A stretch of DNA of 64,000 nucleotides from Candidatus Woesebacteria bacterium (GCA_013374835.1 CP055307.1:749304-813303), one strand, 5' to 3'. Numbered from the stretch's first letter, positions 30,682-41,544 are shown. Numbers and translations are program-made. The notes: a model not told the origin generated them from the sequence alone.

Positions 30682-31452
30682 TTAACCTCGCCAATTTGTA
30701 ACAATTATCATCGTCAGAAAGACTAGTATTCCCACAAGTGCATATTCCCGAAGAGTTTGGCGAAAGAGTCTCCCCTCTACCCTAGCTTGACCTAAACCGA
30801 GGTAAACGTAGACTTCAACCGTAAGAAATATTGAGCCTACAACAAGTGTGACAGGCCAAAAATATAAAAATATTGCAGAGGTTGTTACAAGATATGAGAG
30901 TATGGAAGAAAAAATAAAAAGTTCTTTGTCGATATTTTTTGTTATTTTGCTCATCCAAAGTCCTTGAAGAAAAAGCGGAAAGGATACAAGGTAAATTAGT
31001 AAGGCATTGATAAATATTTGCGCTTTTAAAGACAATACTGCATCGTACAAAAGAAAGGCCGTAAAAAGTGTAAGAACAAAGCCCACTCCCTTTGCCGCTC
31101 TTGAAAGAGCTATTGTGCGCACAGCAGAAACTGTAAATATATTATTTGTAAGAGCAAGTGAGTAAATTCCTATGCTATAGAGAAGAATTACCGGTACTCT
31201 TGCAATTAAAGACGCAGGCAAAAGAAACCAAAATATACCAACTCCTAGCGTGTAAAGCGTGGGAAGCACTAAAACAAGCGCGGTCGCATTAAAACCAATC
31301 CCCTCTTTAAGAGACCACGTAAAAAGAAGGAGCGTAGCCAAGGAAAGACCAAGTATTCCTGCTGTTTTAAATTCGTTTTCTATTAAATTTATTCCGACGA
31401 ATCCTACAGCAAGAAGTATTGTCGTAATAATAATCTTTGCTCTTTTGGACAT
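30682..31452 (-). CDS. Conserved multi-pass membrane protein
   Basis: About 8 hydrophobic segments; NIFTVSAVRTIALSRAA. Confidence 0.7.
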   Translation of the reverse strand: MSKRAKIIITTILLAVGFVGINLIENEFKTAGILGLSLATLLLFTWSLKEGIGFNATALVLVLPTLYTLGVGIFWFLLPASLIARVPVILLYSIGIYSLALTNNIFTVSAVRTIALSRAAKGVGFVLTLFTAFLLYDAVLSLKAQIFINALLIYLVSFPLFLQGLWMSKITKNIDKELFIFSSILSYLVTTSAIFLYFWPVTLVVGSIFLTVEVYVYLGLGQARVEGRLFRQTLREYALVGILVFLTMIIVTNWRG

Positions 31453-32187
31453 TCAGCGATTGATATTTGAATCCGATAGATTCGAATAAACTCTTTGTAC
31501 ATCGGAGTGATCTTCAAGTTTTTTAATAAGAGAAGCTATTTTTTGGGCATCGGCTTTTTCCGGAACAACAAAATTTAAAGGTTTTTGGACAAGCTGCGCT
31601 TTCTGGACATTAAATCCCTTTTTTTCCAAAAGCTCTTTGTAATCAAAAAGCTCTTTGGGCGGAACAAAGACGACAGCCAAAGACTCAGCCTCCTCTATCT
31701 CTTCCACTCCTGTATCTATCAAAGAAAGAATAAGATCTTGAAGCGATTCATTATCTTTTTTGGATACCAAAATCATTCCTTTTGAAACGAAGTTAAAAGA
31801 CACCGATCCCGGACCGGCAAACCTACCTCCCGATTTCTCAAAGATATTTTTAATTTCCTGGCCGGTTCTGTTTTTATTGTCTGAAGCCGCTTCGACCATT
31901 AAGCTGACTCCGCCCGGGCCAAATCCTTCATATGTTATTTCTTCCAAATTCGCATCTTGGCTTTGCCCTCTTGCAATCGCACGCTCAATGTTTTCTTTTG
32001 GCATATTTGCCTGCCTAGCCGCATCCACGGCAATTCTTAATTTGTAGTTTGTATGCGGGTTATCCCCTCCCCCGGTTTTTACAGCTATTGATATAGCGCG
32101 AGAGAGTTTAGAAAAAAGATTTCCTTTTGCTGCGTCGTTTGCCGCTTTTTGTCTCTTTATTGTTGACCACTTGCTATGACCACTCAT
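31453..32187 (-). CDS. yebC: YebC/PmpR family protein
   Basis: MSGHSKWSTIKRQK, YEGFGPGGV, DVQRVYSN. Confidence 0.95.
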   Translation of the reverse strand: MSGHSKWSTIKRQKAANDAAKGNLFSKLSRAISIAVKTGGGDNPHTNYKLRIAVDAARQANMPKENIERAIARGQSQDANLEEITYEGFGPGGVSLMVEAASDNKNRTGQEIKNIFEKSGGRFAGPGSVSFNFVSKGMILVSKKDNESLQDLILSLIDTGVEEIEEAESLAVVFVPPKELFDYKELLEKKGFNVQKAQLVQKPLNFVVPEKADAQKIASLIKKLEDHSDVQRVYSNLSDSNINR

Positions 32188-32258
32188 TTTGGCTTTATTA
32201 TATCACTAAAACACCCTTGACATAGAGAATCTTACATTTATACTCATAAGGAAACAGG

Positions 32259-32867
32259 ATGCAAGACCTTGCCCGAAAAGCGATAGATTACGCACTTCAG
32301 AATAACTGGAGAGAGGCTATTAAAATAAACAAAAAAATACTCAGTCTTGCGCCTGAAAATGTGGATGCACTAAATAGATTGTCCAGAGCGTATTTTGAAT
32401 TGGGAGATATCCAAAGCGCAATAGAATGGGCAAACAAAGCTATTTCTGTGGATTCGCTTGATCCAATTGCGCAAAGAAATCTTGAAAGGTATAGTCTTTT
32501 TTCTTCATCATCGCCTGCGGAAAAAATTGAAAAGCGAATATCTATTTCTACAACTTTTCATAAAACATTTTTGGAAGAACCGGGCAAGACTAAGGTCATA
32601 AATTTACTGCATGTCGGAGATAAGAGAATTATATGCTCGATGGGGTGCGGGGAGCCTGTAAAAATACTTGCCAGCGAACACAGAGTAAGTATTTCAAGTT
32701 TTGACGGTAAATATATAGGCAGATTTCCAGATGACATTGCCCGTCATGTTATCAATCTTATGAATAAGGGTGAAAAATACAAAGCTTATCTTAAATCATG
32801 GTCTGAGGGGGAAGTTAAGGTAATAATTAGACTAGAATCTTCGGGCAAATTCACTGCCGAGCACTAA
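32259..32867 (+). CDS. TPR-containing protein
   Basis: DALNRLSRAYFELG TPR-like helices; FLEEPGKTK. Confidence 0.75.
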   Translation: MQDLARKAIDYALQNNWREAIKINKKILSLAPENVDALNRLSRAYFELGDIQSAIEWANKAISVDSLDPIAQRNLERYSLFSSSSPAEKIEKRISISTTFHKTFLEEPGKTKVINLLHVGDKRIICSMGCGEPVKILASEHRVSISSFDGKYIGRFPDDIARHVINLMNKGEKYKAYLKSWSEGEVKVIIRLESSGKFTAEH

Positions 32868-33749
32868 CTCTAAATCAACATCCGTGTTTTCTTTTCCTAA
32901 GCTACAGCCCAGAATATTAGAGACTTTCTGAGAAAAAGACTTATTGCCAGCGTAGTTTACGATACAATTAACACTTGAATATTCTTTTTTTTCGATTCCT
33001 ATTACTTTTGCGCCCAGCGCTTCCAAAATAGCGGTCAAGTTTTGTATGTCTAATTTAGATAAAGACGAATCGCTTTTATCGACGAGCTTAATTTTTGGGG
33101 GCTGTTGTTTGAAAAGTTCGTTAACTACAAAAAGCTTTGTTAATGATGGAGGTGGGTTGTTTTTTGCAATAAAGCCATCTTCCCCGCTTGCAAGACGAAC
33201 TTTTTCAAAAAACATTGTCTCAGCCAGATTTATATTATATGTATTTGACGGCTGAATTTTTAAACTAAAAAGATAAATTATTATTTTGTCTTTAAAAGAA
33301 AGGTTTGTTTGGTAAAAGTTGACAAAAGAGCGAGTTTTGGACAAAAGACTTCCTTGCCAAAAACCAAGAAAGTCACTGTCTGCCCATGCATCTATTGGCA
33401 TTTTAAGAGATTTTGTAAGACTCTTCGAAAGAAGCTCACCTTCCAACCCCTCTTGCTTTCCCAGATCCCATACAGAACCCACCTGCCACTTGCCTAGTCC
33501 GTAGGACAAATCAATCTGTGTATTTTTAGGAACATTGATTTTTGTAACTGAATTTGTATTTCTATCTATTACTACGATAGAGGCACTTTTGTCTCTTTCG
33601 TTGACAGCGACAACCAGCCTTGTTCCTCCGATCCAAAGTGACTTTTGAAGAACAATTTTTAAGATTATGAAAATTACCAAAGCAAGAGGGACGAAAAACA
33701 AGAGTCGAGCTTTATTTTTTTTGCTTTTATTTTTTCTGCGGGCAGGCAT
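32832..33749 (-). CDS. LCP/LytR-like membrane-anchored protein
   Basis: Basic N-terminus plus TM; C-terminal DLELVLGSEF resembling LytR_C. Confidence 0.5.
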   Translation of the reverse strand: MPARRKNKSKKNKARLLFFVPLALVIFIILKIVLQKSLWIGGTRLVVAVNERDKSASIVVIDRNTNSVTKINVPKNTQIDLSYGLGKWQVGSVWDLGKQEGLEGELLSKSLTKSLKMPIDAWADSDFLGFWQGSLLSKTRSFVNFYQTNLSFKDKIIIYLFSLKIQPSNTYNINLAETMFFEKVRLASGEDGFIAKNNPPPSLTKLFVVNELFKQQPPKIKLVDKSDSSLSKLDIQNLTAILEALGAKVIGIEKKEYSSVNCIVNYAGNKSFSQKVSNILGCSLGKENTDVDLELVLGSEFARRF

Positions 33750-33754
33750 AGTAG

Positions 33755-35419
33755 TTAAAAATTTTCTTTATTTAATCTAGCCAAACTTTTAAATTTTGAC
33801 TTTTTCTTTAAATAAATTACAATAAGATGCTTTATAAAGTCCGCTGCTACGAAATCCGGAATTACCGCGTAGTCGGCAGCGTTTTCGTAGAGCTTTTTCC
33901 CCTCCTCCTTCCCCATTGCGGTAAAAATTGTAAAAGGCTTTTTAGGAAAACTTTTTATTATGTCCAGAAAAGCAAGATTGTCGTTTAGATTATTTATTGT
34001 GGAAATAACAAGGCTTGCTTCAGAAATATTTGCCGCCTTAACAATCTCCTCATCGGCAATATCGCCAAAGATTACCTCTACTCCATCGCTCAAGAGACGC
34101 GAGAAAACTTTTGGATCATAATCAATTACATTAAATTTAATTTTTTTGCTCGTTAAGTATTTGACTAGTCTAGAACCCGTTTTGTCGCAGCCTATTATAA
34201 CAATATGATTTTTGTTTTCACTTTGCTTACCAAATTTTTTTTCGTTTGGAAAACGTTTTTCAAAAATAGATAGCATTTTTTCGACTTTTTTATAAATTTT
34301 GTCCGCACCCAATATTAAATAAGTAGAAGTAACCATTGTAATTATTCCAACAATTACGACTGTTGCTACATCGGCTTCGGTAACGTGACTAAAACCCAAG
34401 CCAACAGACATCAATATAAATGAAAATTCAGAAATTTGAGCTACAGTAAGACCTGCCAAAAAGGATGTTTTTTTTCTATAACCCATTAGACCCATTATTA
34501 TCATTACTATAAGAGGGTTACCTAAAAGTACAAAAAGAGAAAAGACGCTTGCGTTAAGTAAAAGCGGAAATATGGGTTCTGAAACTAAAAGTTCTTTACC
34601 AAGAAGTAGGAAAAAAATTGTTAGGAAAAAATCTCGAAGGGGCCGTGTCTTTGAAGCAATCTGAATATGCTCCGGAAGAGTTGAGAGCGTTATACCAGCC
34701 AAAAATCCACCAATTTCTAGTGTAAGACCAAATGGTCCGGCTACTAGGCTTGCAAAGCCCAGAGCCCAGGCTATACTTGAAATAAACAAAAGCTCAGATG
34801 AACTGGCTATGGTTTTCTCAATAATACCAGGGATAATTTTTTTGGATAGAATAGAGACTATAAATATTAAAATTCCTGCTTTTATAAGAAGAGTAAGCGC
34901 TTCTTCTCCAGCAAAACCGCCCTTTCCAAGCGACGAAAGCGCAAGCAGTATCCCTACGGCAACAAAATCCTGAACCAACAAGAAACTTATTGAAATCTTG
35001 CCATATAGGCTATCTAAGTCCTGTTTTTCAGAAAGAAGCTTTACCATAATTATCGTGGATGAAAAAGTAAGCGATATCGCGATATAAATTGACGTTATTG
35101 CACCGAAACCGAGCAATCCCGCTAAAATAAATCCCAATAGTGAAGTGAAAACTATCTGGCCGACACCCGTCAAAAGCGCTATTTTTCCAAGGAACGGAAA
35201 TTGCCTTATATCCATCTCAAGTCCAAGTAAAAAAAGAAGAAGGGTGACTCCAATCTTGCCTAATGATGATAAAGCCTCGCTCTCCTTTATCAAGCCTGCT
35301 GCTGCAAGAATAAAGCCCGCTAAGAGATAGCCTACAATTATGGGTTGCTTGAGGATTTTTGCCAGCAAACCAAAAGTGGCCGCTACAGCTATAATTATCG
35401 AAACAGATGTGAAGTCCAT
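33755..35419 (-). CDS. CPA2 cation:proton antiporter with TrkA-N (RCK) domain (Kef-like)
   Basis: LLFLLGLE, FSSTIIMVK, QISEFSF, IIGCDKTG, FGDI. Confidence 0.92.
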   Translation of the reverse strand: MDFTSVSIIIAVAATFGLLAKILKQPIIVGYLLAGFILAAAGLIKESEALSSLGKIGVTLLLFLLGLEMDIRQFPFLGKIALLTGVGQIVFTSLLGFILAGLLGFGAITSIYIAISLTFSSTIIMVKLLSEKQDLDSLYGKISISFLLVQDFVAVGILLALSSLGKGGFAGEEALTLLIKAGILIFIVSILSKKIIPGIIEKTIASSSELLFISSIAWALGFASLVAGPFGLTLEIGGFLAGITLSTLPEHIQIASKTRPLRDFFLTIFFLLLGKELLVSEPIFPLLLNASVFSLFVLLGNPLIVMIIMGLMGYRKKTSFLAGLTVAQISEFSFILMSVGLGFSHVTEADVATVVIVGIITMVTSTYLILGADKIYKKVEKMLSIFEKRFPNEKKFGKQSENKNHIVIIGCDKTGSRLVKYLTSKKIKFNVIDYDPKVFSRLLSDGVEVIFGDIADEEIVKAANISEASLVISTINNLNDNLAFLDIIKSFPKKPFTIFTAMGKEEGKKLYENAADYAVIPDFVAADFIKHLIVIYLKKKSKFKSLARLNKENF

Positions 35420-35443
35420 ATCTAATAAGAGTCTATCTGAGCC

Positions 35444-36154
35444 TTATTGCTCTTGTAAAGAAGAAAGGACGCTTGCTAAGTCTTTCGGAAGAGGGGATTT
35501 GAAAAGTAATTTTTTTTGAGTTTTGGGGTGAACAAAGCAGATTTCACCGGCATGAAGAAAAAGCCTTGGACACCACATTTTATCTTTTCTTGAAGTTTTT
35601 CTGCCTGCATAGAAATCATCTGATACGATAGGATGTCCTAGATATTTCATATGAACTCTGATTTGGTGTGTACGGCCGGATTTGGGGAAAAGTTTAAGAA
35701 AGCTATAAGTAAGCTTTTCTTTCTGATTTGTATAAAACTTAACTAGTTCATAATCTGTTTGTGCCTCTTTTCCGCCGGGAAATACGCCAAAGCGCTCTCT
35801 ATTCCAAGGAAGCCTGCCTATAGGAGCGAGGACTTTCCCTTTTGGGGGATCTACTCGACCATGGACAAGAGCATAATAAATTTTTTGGGTTGTTCTTTTT
35901 TTAAATTGACTTTGGAGAATTTGCAGAGAGCTTGTGTTTTTGGCAACAAGCAATATTCCGCTTGTGTTTTTGTCCAATCTATGAGCTATACCACTTCTTG
36001 CTTTTTTGTCTTTTGCCAGGGGATAATTTTTTTTCTCAAGCCATGACTGCAAAGTGGGCGTTTTTACCGTTTCGGCTTCGTTTACCACCCAACCTGAGGG
36101 CTTATCAATAACAATAATTTCTTGGTCTTCATAAATAATTCTGGGGTTTTTCAC
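35444..36154 (-). CDS. RluA/RluD family pseudouridine synthase
   Basis: DKPSG, HRLDKNTSG, GRTHQIRVH, LFLHA. Confidence 0.95.
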   Translation of the reverse strand: MKNPRIIYEDQEIIVIDKPSGWVVNEAETVKTPTLQSWLEKKNYPLAKDKKARSGIAHRLDKNTSGILLVAKNTSSLQILQSQFKKRTTQKIYYALVHGRVDPPKGKVLAPIGRLPWNRERFGVFPGGKEAQTDYELVKFYTNQKEKLTYSFLKLFPKSGRTHQIRVHMKYLGHPIVSDDFYAGRKTSRKDKMWCPRLFLHAGEICFVHPKTQKKLLFKSPLPKDLASVLSSLQEQ

Positions 36155-36573
36155 TTACTTTTTTCTTTTTTGGATTCACATTTGACGCAGAGCGTGGCTT
36201 CCGGATATATCATAAGCCTATCCGTGTCTATCATCTCACCGCACGACTCACATATGCCGTATTTGCCAATTTTAATCCTTGTAAGGGCGCGTCTTGTTTG
36301 AATTATTTTTCTTTCCAAGTTATTAACAATTGCCCTGCTTTTTGCATGCCCAAATTGCTCTTCTGCATCCGCATCTGGGGCTGCGTTATCTAATATTCTA
36401 TCCACATTTTTGAAAGGATCCGAATCTTCGACATCCTTTTTTCTTTTTTTTAGGTATTTGATCTGATCGTTTAAGAAATATGCAACTGGAATAACCAGCT
36501 TTGCCGGATACCTAACGGGTGCTATTACTACCTTTCCAATTTTTTTAGCTTTGCTTGCTTTTTTATCAACCAT
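36151..36573 (-). CDS. TraR/DksA C4 zinc-finger protein
   Basis: YGICESCG...RL...PEATLCVKC; DADAEE. Confidence 0.88.
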   Translation of the reverse strand: MVDKKASKAKKIGKVVIAPVRYPAKLVIPVAYFLNDQIKYLKKRKKDVEDSDPFKNVDRILDNAAPDADAEEQFGHAKSRAIVNNLERKIIQTRRALTRIKIGKYGICESCGEMIDTDRLMIYPEATLCVKCESKKEKSK

Positions 36574-37207
36574 GGCTTTCAGATAAATTATACACCAAAA
36601 AAAACATAAGAAAAGAAATTATAGCAGATGGAATAAGATCGACTCTTCCTGCAACAAGAAAGCTCTGAGGAAGTTTTATTGCCAAAACAACTCGAATTAG
36701 AAAAAATGCTCCCAACGTAAATATTCCAGACAAACCTATCTTTCCCGATTTATACCAAGAAAACGATTTGTATTTTGATTTAAGAAAAGTAAACAAAATA
36801 CCGAGAAAAAAAATAATTGCCAGAAATAGTAAAAAATGATTATCTCTTGTAAGCAAATAGCTTGTTAAAGAATAAAGAGATGCGATTATAAAAATTCCCG
36901 GCACTAGGGATTCGATAGCCTCATACGGCTTGATTTTCAATTTTTTAGCTGAATATAAAAGTGCTAAAAAAAAACCCAATAGACTTCCCCAAAACCAAAA
37001 CCCCTTGGGATTAATAATAACGTTTGTGGAACTGTCTTTAGCGGGCAAATAAATTGTCAATAAGCCTAGAAACATTCCGATTAGCATGATTAGTCCACTC
37101 GAAAAGATTTTTTCTTTTTCGTAATCTTCTTTTAGAGCCCTCCAATAAATGAAAAGTGTTGCGATAGAACCTAGAAATAGAGCTAATAATTTAATAAAGT
37201 TTGACAT
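36566..37207 (-). CDS. Multi-pass membrane protein (Lgt-like)
   Basis: Several TMs, GFWFWGSLLG; start moved to ATG 37207. Confidence 0.5.
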   Translation of the reverse strand: MSNFIKLLALFLGSIATLFIYWRALKEDYEKEKIFSSGLIMLIGMFLGLLTIYLPAKDSSTNVIINPKGFWFWGSLLGFFLALLYSAKKLKIKPYEAIESLVPGIFIIASLYSLTSYLLTRDNHFLLFLAIIFFLGILFTFLKSKYKSFSWYKSGKIGLSGIFTLGAFFLIRVVLAIKLPQSFLVAGRVDLIPSAIISFLMFFLVYNLSESHG

Positions 37208-37248
37208 CTTGCGAGTACAAAGTATATTATACTTTAAACATTCATTCC

Positions 37249-37707
37249 ATGCTTGAAACACCACACGCAATAATCGGGGCTTCTCTTGCCACAAAAATTC
37301 CCAATCCACTAATATCCCTACCTCTTGCGTTGGGAAGTCATTTTGTTCTTGACAAAATACCCCATTGGAATCCACACCTAAATACCGAAACGAAAAGGTA
37401 CGGAAAAGTGACCAGAAAAACCACTGCAATTGTGGCTTTAGATATAAGTTTCGCATTTGTTTCAATCTTGTTTATCGCATCAAGAGCTACCAGTGAGCAC
37501 CAGTTTGTAATAATAATTCTTGGGGCTTTTTTGGGCATACTGCCAGACCTGGTAGAGGGACCTTATTTTTTTCTTAATTGGAAGTCAAAATTAGTTGAAA
37601 GGTGGATACGTTTTCAAAAATCTATACAGGTAGATACGAGTTTGATCCCCGGTCTTCTAACTCAGCTTGTTACAATTGCTGCCTCGCTGTTGTGGATTTA
37701 TTTTTAA
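37249..37707 (+). CDS. Membrane protein, putative metal-dependent hydrolase
   Basis: TPHAIIG, SHFVLDKIPHW, LPD; start moved to ATG 37249. Confidence 0.6.
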   Translation: MLETPHAIIGASLATKIPNPLISLPLALGSHFVLDKIPHWNPHLNTETKRYGKVTRKTTAIVALDISFAFVSILFIASRATSEHQFVIIILGAFLGILPDLVEGPYFFLNWKSKLVERWIRFQKSIQVDTSLIPGLLTQLVTIAASLLWIYF

Positions 37708-38264
37708 TTTACTCTTTCGACGTAGGTAATTGATCTTGTATCAACTCTGATTTTATCCCCATTATTAATAAAAAGCGGAACTTTTATTTTTAGTCCATTT
37801 TCCAAAACTGCCGGTTTGTAGATATTTGTAGCCGAATTGCCCTTTACTCCTGGTACTGTGTCAACTACTTTTAAGTTGACTTTGGGTTTTATTTCAACAG
37901 ATAATGGTTTGTCCCCCCAAAAAAGCACGTTTATGTCCTCACCTTCTTTGCAAAAATAAATATCATCTCCGATTGTCGAAAGAGGTATTGAAATCTGCTC
38001 AAAGGTTTTGGGATTTATAAAATACGCTTCTTTGTCGTCTTTATAAAGATATTGGAGTTTATCTTTAACCGTTGATATTTCTTCAAATTTTTCCGAAGAA
38101 TTAAAAGTTTTTTCCTCCAGCGCGCCTGTTGTCAAATTTCTTATAGATACTTTGACATTTGCTCCTCCCCTGCCGATTTTTTGGTGTGTATATTTAACCA
38201 CCTTACAGGGTTTACCTGAAAGCAGAAATGTAGTGCCGTTTTTAAGCTCAGTTGCTTCTATCAT
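37704..38264 (-). CDS. efp: Elongation factor P
   Basis: KIGRGGA, QYLY, PGVKGNSA, KVPLFI, VDTR, YVER. Confidence 0.95.
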   Translation of the reverse strand: MIEATELKNGTTFLLSGKPCKVVKYTHQKIGRGGANVKVSIRNLTTGALEEKTFNSSEKFEEISTVKDKLQYLYKDDKEAYFINPKTFEQISIPLSTIGDDIYFCKEGEDINVLFWGDKPLSVEIKPKVNLKVVDTVPGVKGNSATNIYKPAVLENGLKIKVPLFINNGDKIRVDTRSITYVERVN

Positions 38265-38304
38265 GAATGATATTTTAACTCATTTTTGGTAAAATAGCTA
38301 TATC

Positions 38305-38390
38305 GGCCGGGTGCTGGAATTGGCAGACAGGCTGGTCTCAAAAACCAGTGGGTGTAACAGCCCGTGTGGGTTCGAGTCCCTCCCCGGCCA
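38305..38390 (+). tRNA. tRNA-Leu(CAA)
   Basis: Acceptor GGCCGGG/CCCGGCC+A, anticodon arm CTGGT-CTCAAAA-ACCAG, long variable arm, T-loop GTTCGAGTC; CCA not encoded. Confidence 0.95.
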
Positions 38391-38392
38391 CA

Positions 38393-39751
38393 TTAGTCCC
38401 TTTTAGTTTCTCTGCCGTAAAATCTTATTCTATCTCCTTTGAAGTAAAAGCTTACTTGGCCTAAGGGGCCATTTCTGTGTTTGGAGATTGTAAGGTTTAT
38501 ATTTTCCATATTTTCATCATCCTCACGCCAAAGAAACATTACTACATCCGCATCCTGCTCAATTGATCCTGATTCTCTAAGATCTGCAAGATGCGGCTGT
38601 TTTGTCCCCCTTTGCTCTACCGCCCGCGAAAGCTGTGAAAGCGCCAACACCGGAACTTTTAACTCCCTTGCCAAGTTTTTGAGTCCTTGAGAGATCTCTG
38701 AAACTTCTTGAACTCTGTTTTCAAGATTTCTGCTTCTGGCAAGCTGAAGATAGTCAACTATCAGCAGATCTATCCCAAAATCCACTTGGAGCCTTCTTGC
38801 TTTTGTTCTCATTTCAAGTATTGAAAGCGCTGGTGTATCGTCTATATACAAAGGCGCTTCCGCAAGCTCTCCCATCGCCTCTGATAATCCCGAGAAGTCG
38901 TCTTCGTCGAGTTTTCCGGTTTTCAATTTCCAGGCGTCAATGTCCGCCTGTGCGACAAGTAGCCTATCAACAAGCTCTTCCTTACTCATTTCCAAAGAAA
39001 ATATACCTACGGGACGCTTAAGTCCTACGGAGATGTTTTGGGCAATGTTTAACGCAAGTGTTGTTTTACCAACGCCAGGACGTGCGGCGAGAATTATCAA
39101 ATTTGATTTTTGAAAGCCCGCGAGCATTTCGTCGAGATCTTTAAATCCCGTTGGAACACCTCTAATGCCTGAGCCTAATTTATGAAGCTCGTCGAGTCTA
39201 TCAAAAGAGTCCGCGAGCGTTTTTTTAACAGGAGTAAAACTTTTTGAGATATGTCTTTGAGTAAGGGCAAATATTTCCGACTCTGCTTTGTCCATAATTT
39301 CCTCTGTAGAGATTGATTCATCAAATGAAAGGTCAAATATTTTTGAGGAAACAGTCATTAAAGATCTTTTTATTGCCTGGTCTTTTACTATTTTCCCGTA
39401 GTGCTCAACATGCGCTGCCGTGGGAACTTTATTCACAAGATCTAAAAGGTAGCTCGTCCCCCCTACCCTCGTAAGCGCTTTTCTTTTTTTAAGATTTTCG
39501 GAAACGGTAAGAACGTCAATTGGGATCCTGTCTTCGTAAAGCTTGATAATTGATTCGTAAATTGTTTTATGTTTTTCCTCGTAAAAGTGACTCGCTTCAA
39601 GAAATTCCGCTACGGTTACTATCGCATCTTTGTCCAATAAAAGCGCACCAAGAACAGAAGCCTCAGCCTCAGTAGAATGCGGAGGCACTCTTACTTCTGC
39701 CTTCTGAACAGAAGCCTGGTTTAATCTATCAAATTTTCCCGTATCAGCCAT
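38393..39751 (-). CDS. dnaB: Replicative DNA helicase
   Basis: PPHS-EAE, AARPGVGKT, FSLEM, VDYLQL, LSQLSR, DLRESGSIEQDAD. Confidence 0.97.
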   Translation of the reverse strand: MADTGKFDRLNQASVQKAEVRVPPHSTEAEASVLGALLLDKDAIVTVAEFLEASHFYEEKHKTIYESIIKLYEDRIPIDVLTVSENLKKRKALTRVGGTSYLLDLVNKVPTAAHVEHYGKIVKDQAIKRSLMTVSSKIFDLSFDESISTEEIMDKAESEIFALTQRHISKSFTPVKKTLADSFDRLDELHKLGSGIRGVPTGFKDLDEMLAGFQKSNLIILAARPGVGKTTLALNIAQNISVGLKRPVGIFSLEMSKEELVDRLLVAQADIDAWKLKTGKLDEDDFSGLSEAMGELAEAPLYIDDTPALSILEMRTKARRLQVDFGIDLLIVDYLQLARSRNLENRVQEVSEISQGLKNLARELKVPVLALSQLSRAVEQRGTKQPHLADLRESGSIEQDADVVMFLWREDDENMENINLTISKHRNGPLGQVSFYFKGDRIRFYGRETKRD

Positions 39752-39767
39752 TAATATTAAAAGAGGT

Positions 39768-40418
39768 TTAATTTTTTTCCAGAAGAGCTACGTATTGATC
39801 TTCTGCAGGCATGCTACCCTCTTTTACTTTTAAAGTGGGCAGTTTTTCTACCCGCAGACCGAGTGCGGAAAGAAAGTTTTCAGCTTTATCAAGTTGCGAG
39901 AATGTTTCTTTATTTAAGCCGGGCATAAAATAGTGCATAGGTACAATAATTTTTGGCTCTATTGCGTGAACTATTTCCACTGCCTCCTGATAGCCTATTG
40001 TAAACTTCCCCCCAATAGGCAACATAAGAATATCCAAATCACCTATTATATTTATCTGCTCCTCGGATAGAAGGTGCCCCAAATCTCCAAGGTGCGCCAG
40101 TCTCAAACCTTCTGCCTCAATAACGTAAATTGTATTTTTCCCTCTCTCTTCGCCTTTTTTCTTATCGTGAAAAGAGGAAATACCAATAATTGAGATTTCG
40201 TCTATTTCGTATTCCCCCGGTCCGGTAATTGCTTTTCTGACGCTTTCAATAGCTTCAACAAAGTTATGATCGTTGTGATTATGTGACACCGTTACTATAT
40301 CAGCTTTGATCTTTGGGAATTTAAAGCCAACCATTTTAGGATCAAAGGGATCGGTTATTAACAATGAAGTTTTTGTTTTAATTTTGAATGATGAGTGTCC
40401 GAGAAATGTAATTTCCAT
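39768..40418 (-). CDS. MBL-fold hydrolase (Lactamase_B_3-like)
   Basis: LGHSSF, SHNHNDHN, HLGDLG, VPMHY. Confidence 0.88.
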   Translation of the reverse strand: MEITFLGHSSFKIKTKTSLLITDPFDPKMVGFKFPKIKADIVTVSHNHNDHNFVEAIESVRKAITGPGEYEIDEISIIGISSFHDKKKGEERGKNTIYVIEAEGLRLAHLGDLGHLLSEEQINIIGDLDILMLPIGGKFTIGYQEAVEIVHAIEPKIIVPMHYFMPGLNKETFSQLDKAENFLSALGLRVEKLPTLKVKEGSMPAEDQYVALLEKN

Positions 40419-40500
40419 TTGGGCTCATCGTAACAAATGCATCGTTTCTTGACAAGTAAGAGTTTGATAATCTATAGTATCCGCACACATCAACACAAAA

Positions 40501-41508
40501 ATGCAAAAAGAAATTGTAATAGCCATTATATTTGGCGGTTTTTTGGGGTTGGTTGTTGCTTTTGGGATCTGGAGAGTCAACGTATCCTTAAAAAACGAGT
40601 CCGATAAAACAAATGTCGGTAACTTAAATTCCGAGGAAATACACAACGATAAGTCAGACTTGACGCTAAGTATAAGCAGCCCTTCTGATAAATCAGTAAT
40701 GACCGAAGAGCCAGTCGAGGTAGCTGGTATAACCAAAAGCGGGGCTTTTGTACTGATTTCAGGGAATGAAGAAGATCAAATTGTAACTTCCGATAAAAAC
40801 GGAGAGTTTCGGGCACAGATCGGTTTAGTGGGTGGGATTAATCATCTGAACATACTTTCATACTCCCACTCAGACAGAAAGAGCGTTTCCTCGTCAATTA
40901 AGCTTGTGTTTTCCACGCTTTTTGATAAAGAACAAGATTCCAAATCAAACGAGTCTTCAAGTATAGAAGAAGTTGTTTCCGAAAAAATCGACAGAGCTAA
41001 AAACATGCCAAAGGCCTATTTTGGAACAATAACGGATATTTCAGAAGGGTCTATACAAATAAGATCCCAAGAGGGTGAAATAAGACAGGCGGCCATTAGC
41101 TCAGAAACAACTTATGCAAATATAGTAAAAGCTACAAAAGAAATTTCTTTCTCAGACCTTGCTATCGGAGACTTTATTGTAGCAATGGGATTAACGAATA
41201 ATAACGAGATTTTAGATGCAAAAAGAGTTCTTGTTACTACTTCTAACGGCGAGAGTGAGAAAATGCTAATTGATGCAGAAATTATCGAAAAAAACGGAAG
41301 TAAAATATCCGTTAGAAAAACAAATGGCGAGGAGATATTTTTTTCAATGAGCAAAAACAGCAGGGTTTTTCTGAAAGATAAGGATGGTGGATTTGCAAAG
41401 TCTTCGGTTTCCGAAATTGAAAGCGGTGATATTGTGCTTTGCTCTTTAATTAAAAATGAGGACACCTATGTTGCCAACTCTGTTTTTATAATCGAAAGAC
41501 CTGAGTAA
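40501..41508 (+). CDS. Membrane-anchored beta-rich hypothetical protein
   Basis: N-terminal TM, Ig-like segment, two OB-like repeats (DLAIGD, EIESGD). Confidence 0.65.
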   Translation: MQKEIVIAIIFGGFLGLVVAFGIWRVNVSLKNESDKTNVGNLNSEEIHNDKSDLTLSISSPSDKSVMTEEPVEVAGITKSGAFVLISGNEEDQIVTSDKNGEFRAQIGLVGGINHLNILSYSHSDRKSVSSSIKLVFSTLFDKEQDSKSNESSSIEEVVSEKIDRAKNMPKAYFGTITDISEGSIQIRSQEGEIRQAAISSETTYANIVKATKEISFSDLAIGDFIVAMGLTNNNEILDAKRVLVTTSNGESEKMLIDAEIIEKNGSKISVRKTNGEEIFFSMSKNSRVFLKDKDGGFAKSSVSEIESGDIVLCSLIKNEDTYVANSVFIIERPE

Positions 41509-41544
41509 TGTTATTTCTTCGTTTTGTGTGATAGCATAAAGCAT

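Noticed and set aside
38305-38390. tRNA used as an integration site
   Set aside because: No duplicated tRNA 3' end was found; dnaB abuts it directly.
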